From contig NIVC01002600.1 in assembly GCA_002269645.1 (NCBI GenBank), forward strand, positions 94,110 to 158,109: a stretch of DNA of 64,000 nucleotides, in the 5' to 3' direction. Position 1 is the stretch's first letter, and each line of letters starts with the position of its first letter. Of this stretch, positions 22,894-45,100 are shown piece by piece. The DNA comes from Macrostomum lignano. Its lineage: Eukaryota. A program made the position numbers and the translations under genes. Under the pieces are notes generated by a model, which did not search any database, had not been told where the DNA came from, and saw nothing but the letters and a program-made list of their open reading frames with translations.

Positions 22894-24263
22894 CTACATG
22901 TAGTTAGTTAGTTAGTTAGTTAGTTAGTTATTTAGTTAATTAGTTAGTTGGTTAATTAGTTGGCTAGCTGGTTAGTTGGCCATTTATCAAAAAAGCAAAT
23001 CGTTGATCTTCCCGCCAGGCCGCTGATTCTGCAAGCCGAAAACGCTCGCCAGCGCAGCGAATGGATTGCCGCCATAGCGGAGGCCGCTAACGCCGCTGAG
23101 GGCGGTGAGGACGTCGACAGCGATGAAGACGACAATGAGGCACGGGTTCGGGACGCCTCCAAGGAGGACGAAACCGATGAGGAGGACGAGGCTGCCAATG
23201 ACGACCCGCCGCTGTGGCTGGACGAAGCCTCGGAGCAGCGGTCGTCGATGGCGCTGGCGCTCGGCGCGAATGACTCCGCCGAAGCCGACAGCGTCGGCAG
23301 CTGCGTGGCCGGGGCCGCATTCTCCCGCCAGTTTCCGGCCCAGCTGGTCGGCCGCTGCCGGACAAAGCCGGACGCCGTCGTGGATTCGGTTCTAGCCGCC
23401 GCTGCTTCGTCTTCGTCGACATCCGAGCAGCAGCAGCAGCAGCAGGTGCTGCTGACGGTGTCAGAGCTGGGCGTCTGGCTGGTGGAGCCGGGCAGTCGGC
23501 TCATCCGGTGCCGCCTGCCGCTGAGCCGCGCCCGGATCTGGCCGGCCAGCAGGCGGCTCTTCGGCCTGACTGCGGCGGCCGCCGGGTGTCGGCGCGTTGA
23601 CTGCTTGGCGCTGCGTCTGGCGCCGGAGCAGAGCGGCGCCGATTGCGCCTTCACGACCGAGTCTGTCCTGGCCGCGGTCAGCGCCGCCGCCAGGAGCGCG
23701 GAGCTGGCGCACGAGAGGGAGACGGTGGGTTGCAATCAATGCTTCTCTTCGTTATCGATGCTTATTTATCAGATATCGATGATCAATTAATTATCGATGA
23801 TTATCAGTTAATTGTCTATTATCATCAATTAAGTATTGATAATTATTCATAGAATATCAATAATTATTCATAGAATATCAATAATTATTCATTAGGTATC
23901 TATTATTATCTATCAGTTATAGATGCCACTATCCATGTTATTTAGGCCTACATCAATCCACTACTGCACCAGTGGTCATCGGATTCACGACTAAAAAGGT
24001 CGGGGGTTCGAATCCCGACCCACTCGGAACAAATGTGTGGTCCTTATCAAGGAATATTCGCTGCTCCCAGACCGCTCTTACGCCCCACCTCAATCATCCC
24101 TTCGCAGGCGCTGCTGCTGTCCAACATCGGTCGCCTGCCTGACGCGTCGCCACCAACGCCGGCGGCTGGCGAGGATTCAGCGACCGACAAAATGAACAAC
24201 AAGAGTGAGTCGAGAGATTCAGTCTCAGAGGATGACGGAGAATTCGTCGAGTCGTTGGCTTGA
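17285..24263 (+). CDS. APPL1: APPL adaptor (BAR-PH-PTB), 656 aa
   Basis: Exons 17285-17335, 19151-19309, 19413-19484, 19669-19756, 20060-20101, 21184-21293, 21359-21537, 21987-22394, 23019-23724 and 24108-24263 join in frame. Motifs KLTLEEAIHDSPKTQSVLSIYEEDA, PH DDRRNVF...LILQAENARQRSEWIAAI, and a PTB-like C-terminal part. Confidence 0.9.
18092..18908. mobile_element. LTR-like dispersed repeat, copy B, in APPL intron 1
   Basis: Inverted homolog of 1-689. Begins TGTAACA; the right end (...AAAACA) and TSD are uncertain. Contains a 13-bp TTTAGTCTGAGTA tandem run. Confidence 0.6.
20187..21113. repeat. ACC-rich minisatellite (CACCTCACAGAACAACC-like), APPL intron 5
   Basis: Degenerate tandem units filling the intron. 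Confidence 0.85.
21330..21354. repeat. Interstitial telomeric repeat (TAACCC)4 at the APPL intron 6 branch region
   Basis: CTAACCCTAACCCTAACCCTAACCC ends 4 nt before the acceptor end (GCAG|, 21358). Confidence 0.9.
22475..22965. repeat. (TTAG)n microsatellite, APPL intron 8
   Basis: Direct observation. Confidence 0.92.
23961..24055 (+). mobile_element. Degenerate SINE family 1, copy C
   Basis: AGTGGTCATCGGA...GGGGTTCGAATCCC...AAATGTGTGGTCCTTATCAAG resembles the head and core of copies A and B. Confidence 0.6.
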
Positions 24264-25409
24264 ATTTTAAGAGTACAACTTACAGCAAAAATGAACATCC
24301 CATAGCATTGGACTCAACTTTTGAATTTTTATTTTCTTAGCCAAGAATTGCGACAGATACGTAGCGTCTACTTTAAGTAGTGTACTTACATGTACTTGGT
24401 GATATGTGCATCATCTATATACTTCTTATTTGTAGAGATTCTCCAAAATTAATAGTGTAATTGTTTTTTCTCGTGATCTTGTCAGGTTTCCAGTACATAA
24501 AAGTACATAGCTTTACTTTAAAACTACTAACAGTAGCCAGCAATAATAAATAAACTGACAAGGCAAGTCAAAAGTCGGGCACAATGTCTGATAGCTTCTC
24601 TTGTAATAGTTTTTTAATGGACTATAAATAACCGAATACACGGGTCTTGAAGTCGAGCAAATGTTTTCATATTTTCTTGAACATTTATTGTGATAATAAT
24701 TAGTAATATTTATTGTAGTAGTATTAAATATTATTATATTAATATGCTTCGGACTGCGCGGTGTTAAAATTTGAAAAAATAAGTTAGTGATAACGGTTAT
24801 ATTGCAGAGGTTACTGATCTGTTGAGAAACACACTCAGGCAGTACAGTTCAACTTTCAGCTTGCTAATTGGTGTTAATTAATAATGCTCAGATTACAGCT
24901 TTTAATTTAATAAGAAAACGGGTCAACAAGGACAAATCCTGGGACTCGGACAGGAGTGTGCAGAGCCTGACTGCATCAATAATAACAATAATAATAATAG
25001 TAAATTTAATACATGATTAGTAGAGAAGCACAGATGACTAATGACATATATAGATCGGATGCACGTCAGTCACCTTTCCCGCTGTTGAAGTCGAAGGGGG
25101 GGTGGCTGAACACTAAACTGAGCTACTCAAGTCCGCTCAGCAACACGTCACGAGAGACGAATCGAGAGAAGCAAACAGAAGGAGAAAAACCAAGAGCTTC
25201 AATACAGCGCTGATTAACAAACTTTGCGGACAAAAAAAACAGAACTGCGTGTAAAGCGGGGACGAAGCGGCCTTTGTAGAAATGTGTTTAATAATAAACA
25301 TGTACTCGCTTTTGGACCAGAACACACCGATGGAAAAGCAACAGCACAGGCTACCAAGCAGTGATATAATCATCATTTTTAAGAGTTAATCTCAACACTA
25401 ATTATTTGC

Positions 25410-25735
25410 AATGATCACTCCATAAAAATGATTATCCAGCGATTATCACTCTATGAAAATGATTATTCAGTGATAATCACTCCATTAAAATGATTATCCA
25501 GCGACAATCACTCTATGAAAATGATTTTTCAGTGATAATCACTCTATAAAAATGATTATCCAGCGACAATCACTCTATGAAAATAATTATTCAGCGATAA
25601 TCACTCTATGAAAATGATTATTCAGTGATAATCACTCTATGAAAATGATTATTCAGTGATAATCACTCTATGAAAATGATTATCCAGCGACAATCCCTCT
25701 ATGGACGACAATCCAGCGATAATAAAGATGATTAT
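25410..25735. repeat. ~32-bp minisatellite (ATCACTCTATGAAAATGATTATTCAGTGATA-like)
   Basis: About 10 tandem units. Confidence 0.85.
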
Positions 25736-27100
25736 CCAAGAAGCCTTACAAGATGGTTATGCAGTAAATCCCAAAGTTTCAACTGCTTGACCCACTGCCC
25801 CACAAACAGAATGTTTGTGTACAGGGGCCAGTGCGAGGTTTACAGAGAGACACAAGAAGTGAAATTTTGGCCTTAAAAAAGCGAAGAGAAGAGAACTATT
25901 AATAGAAAATCGTAGCAGTTTTACGTAAGTTAGGACTAATAAATAGAGAATTATTTTAATATTTAGGAGAGATAATTAATTATTACAAGCGCAACGGCGA
26001 AGGCGGGGCGATTAAAATTGGTAAATAAAACAGAACGCACAAGAATTTCATTGCATAGTTTAACACAATCGTATTAATAATAACAAACTTATAGTGCGCT
26101 CAGCAAGAAAGCAGATAGATAAACAACAACAGGACGCGGCACAGGGGAGGCAGCAGGGCATGACGGAGCAGATGACCCAGCGGGCTTGGATAACAGAGTC
26201 AAAGCAATCTTGCAAGCAAAAAAGACAGACGATAGAGCTACAGATACTGACTAGCAAGTTTAAGGCCAGCACTATACGCTTGCTGGTTTTATCTATATTA
26301 GTTGTTTGAATGAAATTTCTCTCTTCTATGCCTTAATATTCTATCAATTTTCTATGGATATCATCATAGTACTAATAGTAAGGAGTATTATAATAACAAA
26401 CTATTTTTTACTTGTTTATAATCGCTAAACAAAGGTCGTACAAAAATTTGTATACGGCAGTTAGAAATAACAATAACTAATAAATATATATATAATGACA
26501 AAGGTGTTAATTGTTTGATCAAAGGACGGGGGAGGGCCCGAATACGAATTTAAACACAAGTCTTGATTGAAACAAAGAGCTAGCATTACATAGCGATTAC
26601 ATTAACGACTGTCGACTTGAAATAAGCAGGTAATATTTAATATATATAGGTAGTCATAGTCATAGAGTTAAATGTATATATATATAGAAGCGCGTGCAAA
26701 ATCATATGCAATAACATATAGGCAGGTCCGGAGGGTGTCACTCTGTGTGTGCGTGTGTCTTGAAGATCTGGTTAGTCTCTAAGTCCAGGTGAGGAGAGGG
26801 CCTGAGACACAGAGATAGAGAGATAGAGATATGAATTTGCAGTAGGAGCTGCATTTAGAGTTTGAGACACAGTGGGAGCACAAAAGCAGCAATGACACAA
26901 TGGCCAAAGCCCATTGCCCGCATAATTGAAGGCCTGCCAGTTGGGGAGCGGGTCTCAGGACCGAAGGGCAGCTGGGTGGACGAACGCACAAAAGCAAAAA
27001 AATGTAAAAAAAAACATGTGAAGAAGTCGAGAGGCTCCATCAAATAATTTCCCCTCCCCATCCCCAGGCTGATGTTCTCCCGAAATTAGCCCGGTTCAGC

Positions 27101-36176
<9,076 letters not shown>

Positions 36177-36685
36177 GATTCTCGCTTTCTTTTATATATA
36201 TATATTAAGATATATTAAGCCAGACGCGTAGCTATTAGGAGCTTTTGTTATTGAAAGTTAGACGGCTTGGCAAAAAACTCCCAATTGCAGCTGAAGCAAC
36301 GCTGACGAACGCACTTTTTCTTTGTCTTCTTTAATGCTTCTCTTGTTGATTGGCTTATTTTAAATGCTTCGCAGCCGTTTACAATCGAGTCTACAAGGGC
36401 AGACACGCCGACTGGAAGCAGATTTGGATTAATCAATTCAACTAACTATTGACGATATGTAGCAGTATCCAATTCAAAATGGCAATAGTCAATGCCTCTT
36501 GGCAAATAAATCAATGCTAAACGGAGCGGTCACTTAGCCTACTTAAAGCGTTGAAAAAAAACGCGTTCGCTTCTGTCAGAGACGAGTATTAAAAGCTGAC
36601 TAAAGGCTGAGCAGCATTGATCGTTCAAGGAGTAAGCGGGCAGAGATACATGCAAATGCCCTATATCTATCTAAATATGTGAGCG

Positions 36686-36729
<44 letters not shown>

Positions 36730-38564
36730 AGTGGAAGGAAAAATACGAGAACGCGAGCGCTTACGGAGAAGAGAGGTGGAGAGGTTGAAAGAGATGGAGG
36801 AGCCACTCGCATGAGCTGGGAAACGAGCTAGTAAGAGAGGAACAGTGAGAAGCAATGGGGTGAGAGGGGAGACTGGATTATAAGCCCCTTAACCAGCACT
36901 CCGACTGCCAGAGAGTACTGCGAGCCGGGAGAGAGGAAACGGCAAGGGAAGAGGAGCGAAGGGCGGGCAGGAGGGCGGAGAGTGGAGTGAAAAAAATGGG
37001 GAAGCGCCAAGCGCCAGAGCGGGAGAAAATGAGGATTTAGGAAGAGGGATTGAGCGGAGAACTGGACACTGGACTGCAGTCCCTCTCTGTCCCTTTCTTA
37101 ATCTCCACTGCATTCCCGGTCCGTAATCCAGGGAAACGGGGAGGAAGTAAAAGCCAACTGCTTTGGTTTAACGGTAGAGGGGGGTGGGGAAGGACTGCAG
37201 CTGTGGGAACGGAACACCGGCTGACTGTACAAATTGCGGCGAGCGCTGCCAGTGTACACAGAGGACCCGGGCACCCAAGAGAGGAAGAAGGCGACCCGAG
37301 CGACTAGGGAGGGAAGTTTTCTGCCCCTATAGATCCCTCCTCTCTCTTTATTCTAGCCTAGCAGTGGGCCAAAATATTCCACCGCCCACCGTGCGCGTGT
37401 TTACTGGGGGGTGAGAGTGGCCTGTCTGCCAGCCAGCCTGCATGCGTCTGTCTCTTGGAAACAACAGCTTCGCTCCAGTCTTCCCATTACAGCAGTTCCA
37501 ATTTAGACTTTAGCCGGCCTACGCCCAGGCCAGGGAGGGGATTATTGAATCGGGTTCCCGGGGTGGGGGGAGGTACACAGGCCTATGGGAATAAGAATTT
37601 TTTAAGGTTAAGCGTCCAAAAGCAAAAAGCCTTCCAGTCTACCGGTCCTTGCCGAGGGAAAGAGAACTATTGATAGGGGACAAAGGCAGGTAGGTGGCCA
37701 AATAAGGCTAGAAAATATGTCCATCGCGTGCATAAGCGGCGGCAAAGTACAGACTGGCGCCAACAACATGAAGGCTCGACTCTTCTATAACTGGCAGAAT
37801 GGGCTAATAGCAGTTCAATCGAAGCAAAGTTATCTAGAAAAACTTTGCGTGAGATTTCGTCGGAAAATTTTAGGAAATAAAATAATGAGTAATGACACGC
37901 GAAAGTGAAACTCGAATCCTTCTTTGTGCATCATTAGCAGGTATCTGACTAACGCTCAAACTCACGATCTCGAATATCATTGCCTAGCAGCTAATGGCTA
38001 TTTTTAGCATTAGATAATTAATTTCGAGCCAAGCCTACAAAGTCAAGCTGGATAACGCACAAACCATTCTGACCAAGGAAATTAGATCCCAAAATATGTT
38101 ATCCAACCCTAGTTACAGCGCTCACAGTTGGACTAACGGCATTGTACTAATAATATGATGTACTAAAAATTCGGTCATGGACTGGCAAAACACGTTTTAA
38201 AGCCAACAGAAAACAAGCACAATAAGCTCGTCATCTGCTTGCTCATGCGCGAAGGCAAAAGTACAATGCTTGCTTGCAAACGAGTAAACAACAGTTTTCA
38301 TGATGAGCCTTCTAAAATCGAACTAATAATAATGCAATGATTGTCAGTCATTTACATTCTCTTTGTCAACTTGTTCATAAATAATTGTATTTCTGAGCCT
38401 GCCGAGAGTCAAGAAAGCTAATTAAGACAAATTCTGACAGGTTTTATTTTGCCAAGAGTTCCTTGTTAAAAAATTTTTTCATTGTCTGTTGTTTCACTGT
38501 TGAGGAGCCAACAAAGAATAGAATACATTTTTTAAATAAACTATATTTATAACTTCTGCTTGCA

Positions 38565-38790
38565 ATAACCTCAGCAGTTCCCCTTATAAGCCTTGACATC
38601 TTAACAATCCCCCTATGAGCCTTGAAATCTCAGTAATGCCCCCATCAGTCTTGAAATCTCAGCAATTTCCACTTTAATCCTAACCCTAAAGCCTTAACTT
38701 CTTAGCAATTTTCCCCCATAAACCTTGACATTTCAGTAATTCTCCCAATAGTCTTAGCATTATAGTGGTTCCCTCCAAGCCTTGACATTG
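38565..38790. repeat. Degenerate ~30-bp minisatellite (AGCCTTGACATCTCAGCAAT...CCCC), same family as 48870-49165
   Basis: Shared core between the two loci. Confidence 0.7.
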
Positions 38791-39479
38791 TAGCAATTAC
38801 CAAATGAATCTTCTATGTTCAACATGACACTTCTTTAATGTTTTACATGACTTATCTATTCTTTTTGACTACTAAATAAGAGCGAAGTAATATAATATAC
38901 TATAGTACAAAACTGAGAGCTAAGTTCATTGGACAAATGAACCAGGTATACTCATATATTGGGCAACACTAGGAATGTTATATATATATTGATTAAATTA
39001 ACTTTATTTTTTTATATGCTATAAATTTGCATATTTAACAAAAGTTTTTATTTAAGAGATATCCCAAACATAATGTTTATTTTTGCAATGTCATATTGCA
39101 TAATCTTATATACAGACTGATAGTCTTCTATTTTGTATTTCTAGGAATATGAAATTTCACTAGGAATTTCTTTCCTTTTTACTATATAGAAAGTTGCAAA
39201 TGTGCATACTATGTGCAGCTTTGGCTAAGCAAAAAATTAAAATGCATAAAAATAGTAAGAACACAAAGGCACAAACAAGTCCAAGTTGTTGAAAACTTTT
39301 TTGTTTACCTTAGTAACCAATTTTTGTCAATTAAAATGTATGTCAATTCAAATCTTGCCTTTAAAGATTTAAATGTGATTAAATATTAAATGTGATTTTC
39401 ACTTATATTAAATCCATATACTAAATAAACTAACACAAAATGCATGATATTCATAGGCAATTCTACTCTAATTCTAATT

Positions 39480-40260
39480 CTACTCTACTAATTCTACTCT
39501 CTTCCCTCATCTTTACTCTCTTGTCTCTTCTCTCTTCCCTCATCTTTACTCTCTTGTCTCTTCTCTCTTGTCTGGTCTCTACTCCTTCCTGTCTCCTCTC
39601 AACTCTCTCCTCTCTCTCCTCTCCTCTTTCTTCTATTTCCTCTGCCCTCTTATCTCGCTTCTCTCTCCTCTCCCCCTATCTCTACTCTCTTATCTCTTCC
39701 CTCTCATCTTTCAGCTCTACTCCCTCCTGTTTTCTCTCTTATCCCCCTCTCCTCTCCCCTATCCCATCTCTTCCCTTTTATCCTTCCTCTTTTCTCTCCT
39801 CTTCTCTCTCCTTCTTTTCTCTCCTCTCTTCTCTTGTACTTGTATCTCTCCTCTGTTCTCTCATCTCTCTTCTTATCTCTCTTCTCTCCCTTCTCCTCTC
39901 GCTTCTCTCTTTTTTCTCTTCTTTCCCTGTCTCTCCTATCTCCTTTTGTTTCTTTGTTTTATCTCTCATCTCTTATCTATTCTCTCCTCCATCCTCTACT
40001 CTCTCTTTTCATTTCTCTCTCTGCTCTCATGTCACATATCTATATTCTCTCTACCCTTTCTTTTTCTCTCATTTTTATTCTTTCCTCTCTATGTCTCCTG
40101 TCTCATCTCTCTTCTCTCCTTTCTCTTTTCTCTCTCCTCTGTACTCTCTTATACCTCCTTTCTCCTCTTATCTTTCCTTTTTTTCTCCTTTCTTCCTTCT
40201 ACATTCTCTTCTCTTCTTTCTCCCTCTTTATTCCCACCTCATTCCTTTCTCATATCTACT
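39480..40260. repeat. CT-rich low-complexity tract
   Basis: Almost pure polypyrimidine on the + strand. Confidence 0.85.
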
Positions 40261-40261
40261 G

Positions 40262-40503
40262 TCTAGAATGGAGTCTGCCAGTACATTAGGTTGATGAACA
40301 TATGGCCGCCCTGTCTGATGCTGATCTGCCAAGTCAGTCCTTCCCTTGCTGAACTGCTCCATCCATCAATAAACTGTCATTTTGCTGACCATAGAGGATC
40401 CATGCGCAGAGCAAAGTTTTGCATGAATTTCTAAGGCACTATGGCCACCACCCCAAAGAGTAAAGATAGTACTTTGCTGAGCAACAACTGAGTGCACATC
40501 CAT
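40262..40503 (-). pseudogene. Mariner transposase N-terminal (HTH) fragment
   Basis: MDVHSVVAQQSTIFTLWGGGHSALEIHAKLCSAHGSSMVSKMTVY*WMEQFSKGRTDLADQHQTGRP fits the mariner HTH...GRP pattern. Confidence 0.75.
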
Positions 40504-40784
40504 GTGTGTTGTTGAGTATAGGCAATGAAATCATGAACAAATTGCAAAATGCAAGCTCCTCTGTTTGCAAGTAAAGTAATGAATCTAATGCTTTATTTTT
40601 CTGCATATGATCCCGTCCACAGACAAATTTCAGTCAGTCACAGTGAGCATCATTTTGCAATTGGGCTTTGGTATTGCTTAAAGACATTTATTGATGGCCT
40701 TCTTAATGAATGAGTGCAGAAGTCAACTATTATAAATTTCAATATAGTTTGTGTAACTCTATGGTACAGGTACAGGGAGCTGTA

Positions 40785-40960
40785 GCCCAGCAGTAGCGCA
40801 GCTGCTCTGGTGTGCCAGCAACCTAGGCTCGATTCCAAGAGCAGTCACATTAATTTGGGACTGAATTGGAATCTTGGCTTGGCTCTGCTTGTGCAATTAA
40901 CGGCCTTGAGAGCCAACCCCCGAAGGTGCAGTGAAGTGTACATGCCTAAAGATAAATAAA
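40785..40960 (+). mobile_element. tRNA-derived SINE family 2
   Basis: A-box-like TGTAGCCCAGCAGTAGCGC and B-box-like GGCTCGATTCC. The 3' tail GCCAACCCCGAAG...GTGTACATGCCT...AAATAAA recurs at about 10670-10712 and 21655-21700. Confidence 0.6.
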
Positions 40961-41829
40961 GTTAGGGCCACTGTACATTCCTGCGTGAGTGTGTGCCTGC
41001 GTATGTATCTGTGCACTTGTATGCCTGCTCAAGGGAGTCAACAGAATGGGCAGTAATGCCTCTCGCTGGTTGTGTGCCTATTGCTTAAAGTGCGCCAGGG
41101 TGCACACAACCCCCTTGCCTCTAATAAAAAAATGGTTTTGGTACTGCTACTTTTGTGAGTATAAATTTTGTTCTCTAATAGAAATTTTAAAAATTCAAAA
41201 AACAGTCTATAGAAGAGATTTTCTGCTATCAGTTCATAAAATTTTAAATCACAGGAAAATATAGAACAAGAGCTATGGTTAAAAGTATTACTACTTTTTA
41301 GACACCCCTTATATAAGTCCCACATTTGAGTTGGCAGCCATCTAGGAGGAGATACATATTATAATACAAAATTATTAAAATAAATATTCTAGGTTAATAA
41401 TTTGATACTTTGCTAAAATATCAATATATAAAAAAGAACTATATTTGTTATTTAAAAAGAATATTTTTTATAAAAAAACGTGTATTTAAATACTAATACT
41501 TTTCTAGAATAAATATTAGTAAAAGACAAATTAAAGATAAATTATATTAAGTCTCTTTTATCAAAAGCAAAACAATTTTTGTGCCCAAAAATAAAATCAA
41601 CTCTTTCCACCTTTTTGGAAAAATCTACCTAAATTTTTTAAGAAATAAGGTTTCTTGTTTTCAGTTTCAGAGTTTGGTTTCAAAATTTAAGGTGCTTATA
41701 TTTATAACATAGGCTACGCACACAGGACATAGCACATTTTGCATACAAAAAGAACCTAAAACTAAAGCTATAACATTTTTAGCTTTTGCCTTTGGCATAG
41801 TAAGTAACCCTTTACTATACATAGCTACA

Positions 41830-42110
41830 TAGACGGCATAACTATGGTTTTGTTTGTTATATTATTTCTTGTTTCTTGTTTCTTGTTTCATATGGACGAT
41901 ATTTATGACAATCATTCCAGTAGGCAATTTGCATCCACTATTATCCCCGTCTAATTATCTTCCTTGTGACTTCGAACTCTGATTTGAACTTTTTTGGTGG
42001 TGGGTCATCTTTTTTTAATGTAAAATAATATAACGAGCCATTTCTACGTGCACAGGAACAAATTCGAAACAAGAAATAATATAACAAATGAAACCATGGT
42101 TATGCCAAAT
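41830..42110. mobile_element. Small element with ~45-bp inverted repeats
   Basis: GGCATAACTATGGTTTTGTTTGTTATATTATTTCTTGTTTC vs GAAACAAGAAATAATATAACAAATGAAACCATGGTTATGCC. Confidence 0.55.
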
Positions 42111-45100
42111 AGACAACATATACATGAAAAATAGCTAGCATATATAGTAGGCCTAGGGGGCTAGGATGGCAATTGGCAGGGCCTTAAATTGATTTGGAGT
42201 GAGTCATTTATTATATTAGGCTCTATCTTATCTATATATAACATAGGATAGGATATGCATATACATAATATTAAAGCCTATTATACTAAATAATTATTGA
42301 AATGCTTAATAATTACTAATAGAAATTTACACGAGATATCATGTAGGTGGCAAATGAAAGCTAAAAAATAAAAGGCCTGGCATACTGCATAGCCTAGGTA
42401 ACCTATGCACCTAGGCCTATAGACAATACAAGCTTCACTGCTTTATTGCTAAGTATTGTTTTTATTGGTCAAAACAGCAGACGAACCGTCCACCCTAGCA
42501 GGGCAGACAAACTGACGGAAGACGAAATAACACGCACCTATGCACGGATGCACAGCACAAGCTGCGCAAGCCACAAGACAAAGTTTAAATGTTGGGTAGT
42601 AAAATGTTAAATACCCAGTAGATAAGAATTCCGAAGTTTATTTAAAGAATTTACTTATCTAAAAATTCATTTTGGGATTCTGCTTAATCACAAGCAAACA
42701 TCAAGAACAATATAATGAACTCAAGAAAGAGCTCTAGAAGTTTTAGTTGCAGTGACAGTGAGCTTTCAGAACTCAAGTTGTCTGTTTTTCTAATTAAATG
42801 GAAATTAAATAGTATGTTATCCCGAAAATCAAAATACAACTTACTTTTGAATTTTTATTCTTAAAAACAAACTTCAACTTTGCTTTTCCTTTTATTATTT
42901 GTATCAATAAAATTCTTCTAAATTACTGAATTTTTTGCTTATACATTTGCCCATTTGCCACAAATTTGATTTTAAGTTATTTTTGCTCAATTATGTACGT
43001 AGCGGACCCGGGACCCGTAAGACGCGCCACGAGCTTGTAGGGTCGGTAAATGTGATTATTGTTTATTTTTAATGAACTTACACAGTTTCTTCATTCTGAT
43101 TTCTGTACTCCCAATGTATATTTTTCTACTGAATTCAACAAAATCTTTTTTGAAAATGCATGCACTCCCTGGTGACTCCCATAGCATAGGCCCTACAGTA
43201 ATCATTTTAACTAAGCTTTAAAATTGTGGTTACGGCTAGGCCTAGCCTAAGAGAAGGCTTTTTAATAGAGAATAGGCTATAGGCATATCTAATCAGAACT
43301 TTTTTTATTTTGTATGCAATTTTGGACAGTCGAATAGTTGAGAAGAAAAAATTATCTGGTGCATACTAGGCCTAGCCTACGCCTAGGATCCTTAGTCCTG
43401 TAGGACTAAGCAGGCCTGGCTATTGCAATGCATGCATAGTTTGTTTAAGTGCAATTTCATTTATGCTAGGCCCTATTCCTTTAAAAAAATAACCTAAGTA
43501 AGTACCTTAAGTAAGCTAGCTAAAGTCAGTGACAGAAACCATTAGAATTTATCATTGTATCAATAATAATGCTTATTTTTTAATTTAATTGCCTTGCTTT
43601 GCTCATAGGCCTATTATTTGCATTAGGCCTTAGGCCTATTAGTTTATTACTTAATTTAGGTAGCCTAGTATTTGTTTTGTGTGTTAACTGTAAAAATAAT
43701 TGTTTTACTATTTTTATAGTCATTGTAACAATAACAATTACCAAGTCTATAATACCTTAATGCCTGTCTATTATCCAGAAAAAATTGGCATAAAGGGGAT
43801 AAGCTATCCAAAACTTTATTCAAAAAGGATTGGATAGCAAGGCCTAGGTGACTCCTAGGGAAGGAAAAAAATATACTAAAAAACAGAGATTAGGCCTAAT
43901 TTTTAGGCTTTTCTAGAAAATATAGGCCTATCCCCTAGCCTTTATTTTCCCCTTTATTCCCCTAGTTAAAAAATACAAAATCCTAAGTTTTGCCAATTAT
44001 AAGATCCTAAGATTATTAAGATTGCAATATCTAAGACTTTAAAAATATTAAGATTCTTTAGATTAGGGTATCCTAAACTTTATCAATTTTAAGATCCTAA
44101 ATAAATAAGAAATTGTTTGATTATATTTTCATATATATTAAAAATAGGATCTTTAGCCTAATCAACTAATACCCAACAAGCTGGTAGGCCTATATACAAA
44201 CTCTAGCACAGCCTATAGGCCCTTAGTAATGATGCCTTTGAGCTTTAAGCAAGAGGCTCTAGCTTTGTATATGCTTGAACTGAATGTAGCCTAGAAAAAA
44301 TACTTGCTGCTAGCCATAATATGTTTTTATGCACAGGAAACTAGACCCTAACAATGCTTAAATTGTAGTAGTCTAAGCATAGCCTGAGCAGGTTGAGCTA
44401 GGATAGCAGCTTAGCTAGATAGCAAGTGGCCAATACTATGCAACTCTCTTGGCTAGCTTTGAAATACTTTTTGACAATGTGTCTGTGGATGTAGTTGACA
44501 ATGTTGAGACTCTGCTAGTGCTTAGCACCCTATTAGTCTTAGGCCAATGCTTCCTATGGGACCCTAAGCCACTAAGAACCAAAGGCTGCTGCTATAGCAA
44601 CAGAGACCATAGAATACCATAGAATGCTCAATTGAGTAGTAGAATACATCTTTAGTCAATATTAGATTTTAAGTAGAAACAAGATTTTTTCTTTAGGGTA
44701 GCTAAATGAGCATTCTGTGGTATTCTATAATCGACTGTGGCTACTAAGTAATGAGTAAAAAATAAAATACAATATAAGAAGACAACTATACATTATACTT
44801 ATACTATATGCTAAATTTTATATAACTTATCATAAGCACTACTCTTCCCATACAAATTCACAATTGCAGCTTGATCTCCAGTTCTTGATTGATTGATTCT
44901 CAATCTCATTTTTTTATAAAATTCATTTGATCTTGCTTAAAAACAAAAATCTGATCTCAGTTAGACTTTAATATATGCCTAACACCTAGCTGACCTAGCT
45001 AATTTGGTTGGATAGCAAGAGTTGGGATAAGTTAAATTATAAGAAAGTGAACCCAAAAAAATTGGGATGACTAAGTTATATTTTTTGGCAAGAACTAAGT

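Noticed and set aside
22956-23735. 259-aa minus-strand ORF (and similar ORFs antisense to NLE1, JIP1 and ZC4H2 exons)
   Set aside because: Shadow ORFs of GC-rich coding exons.
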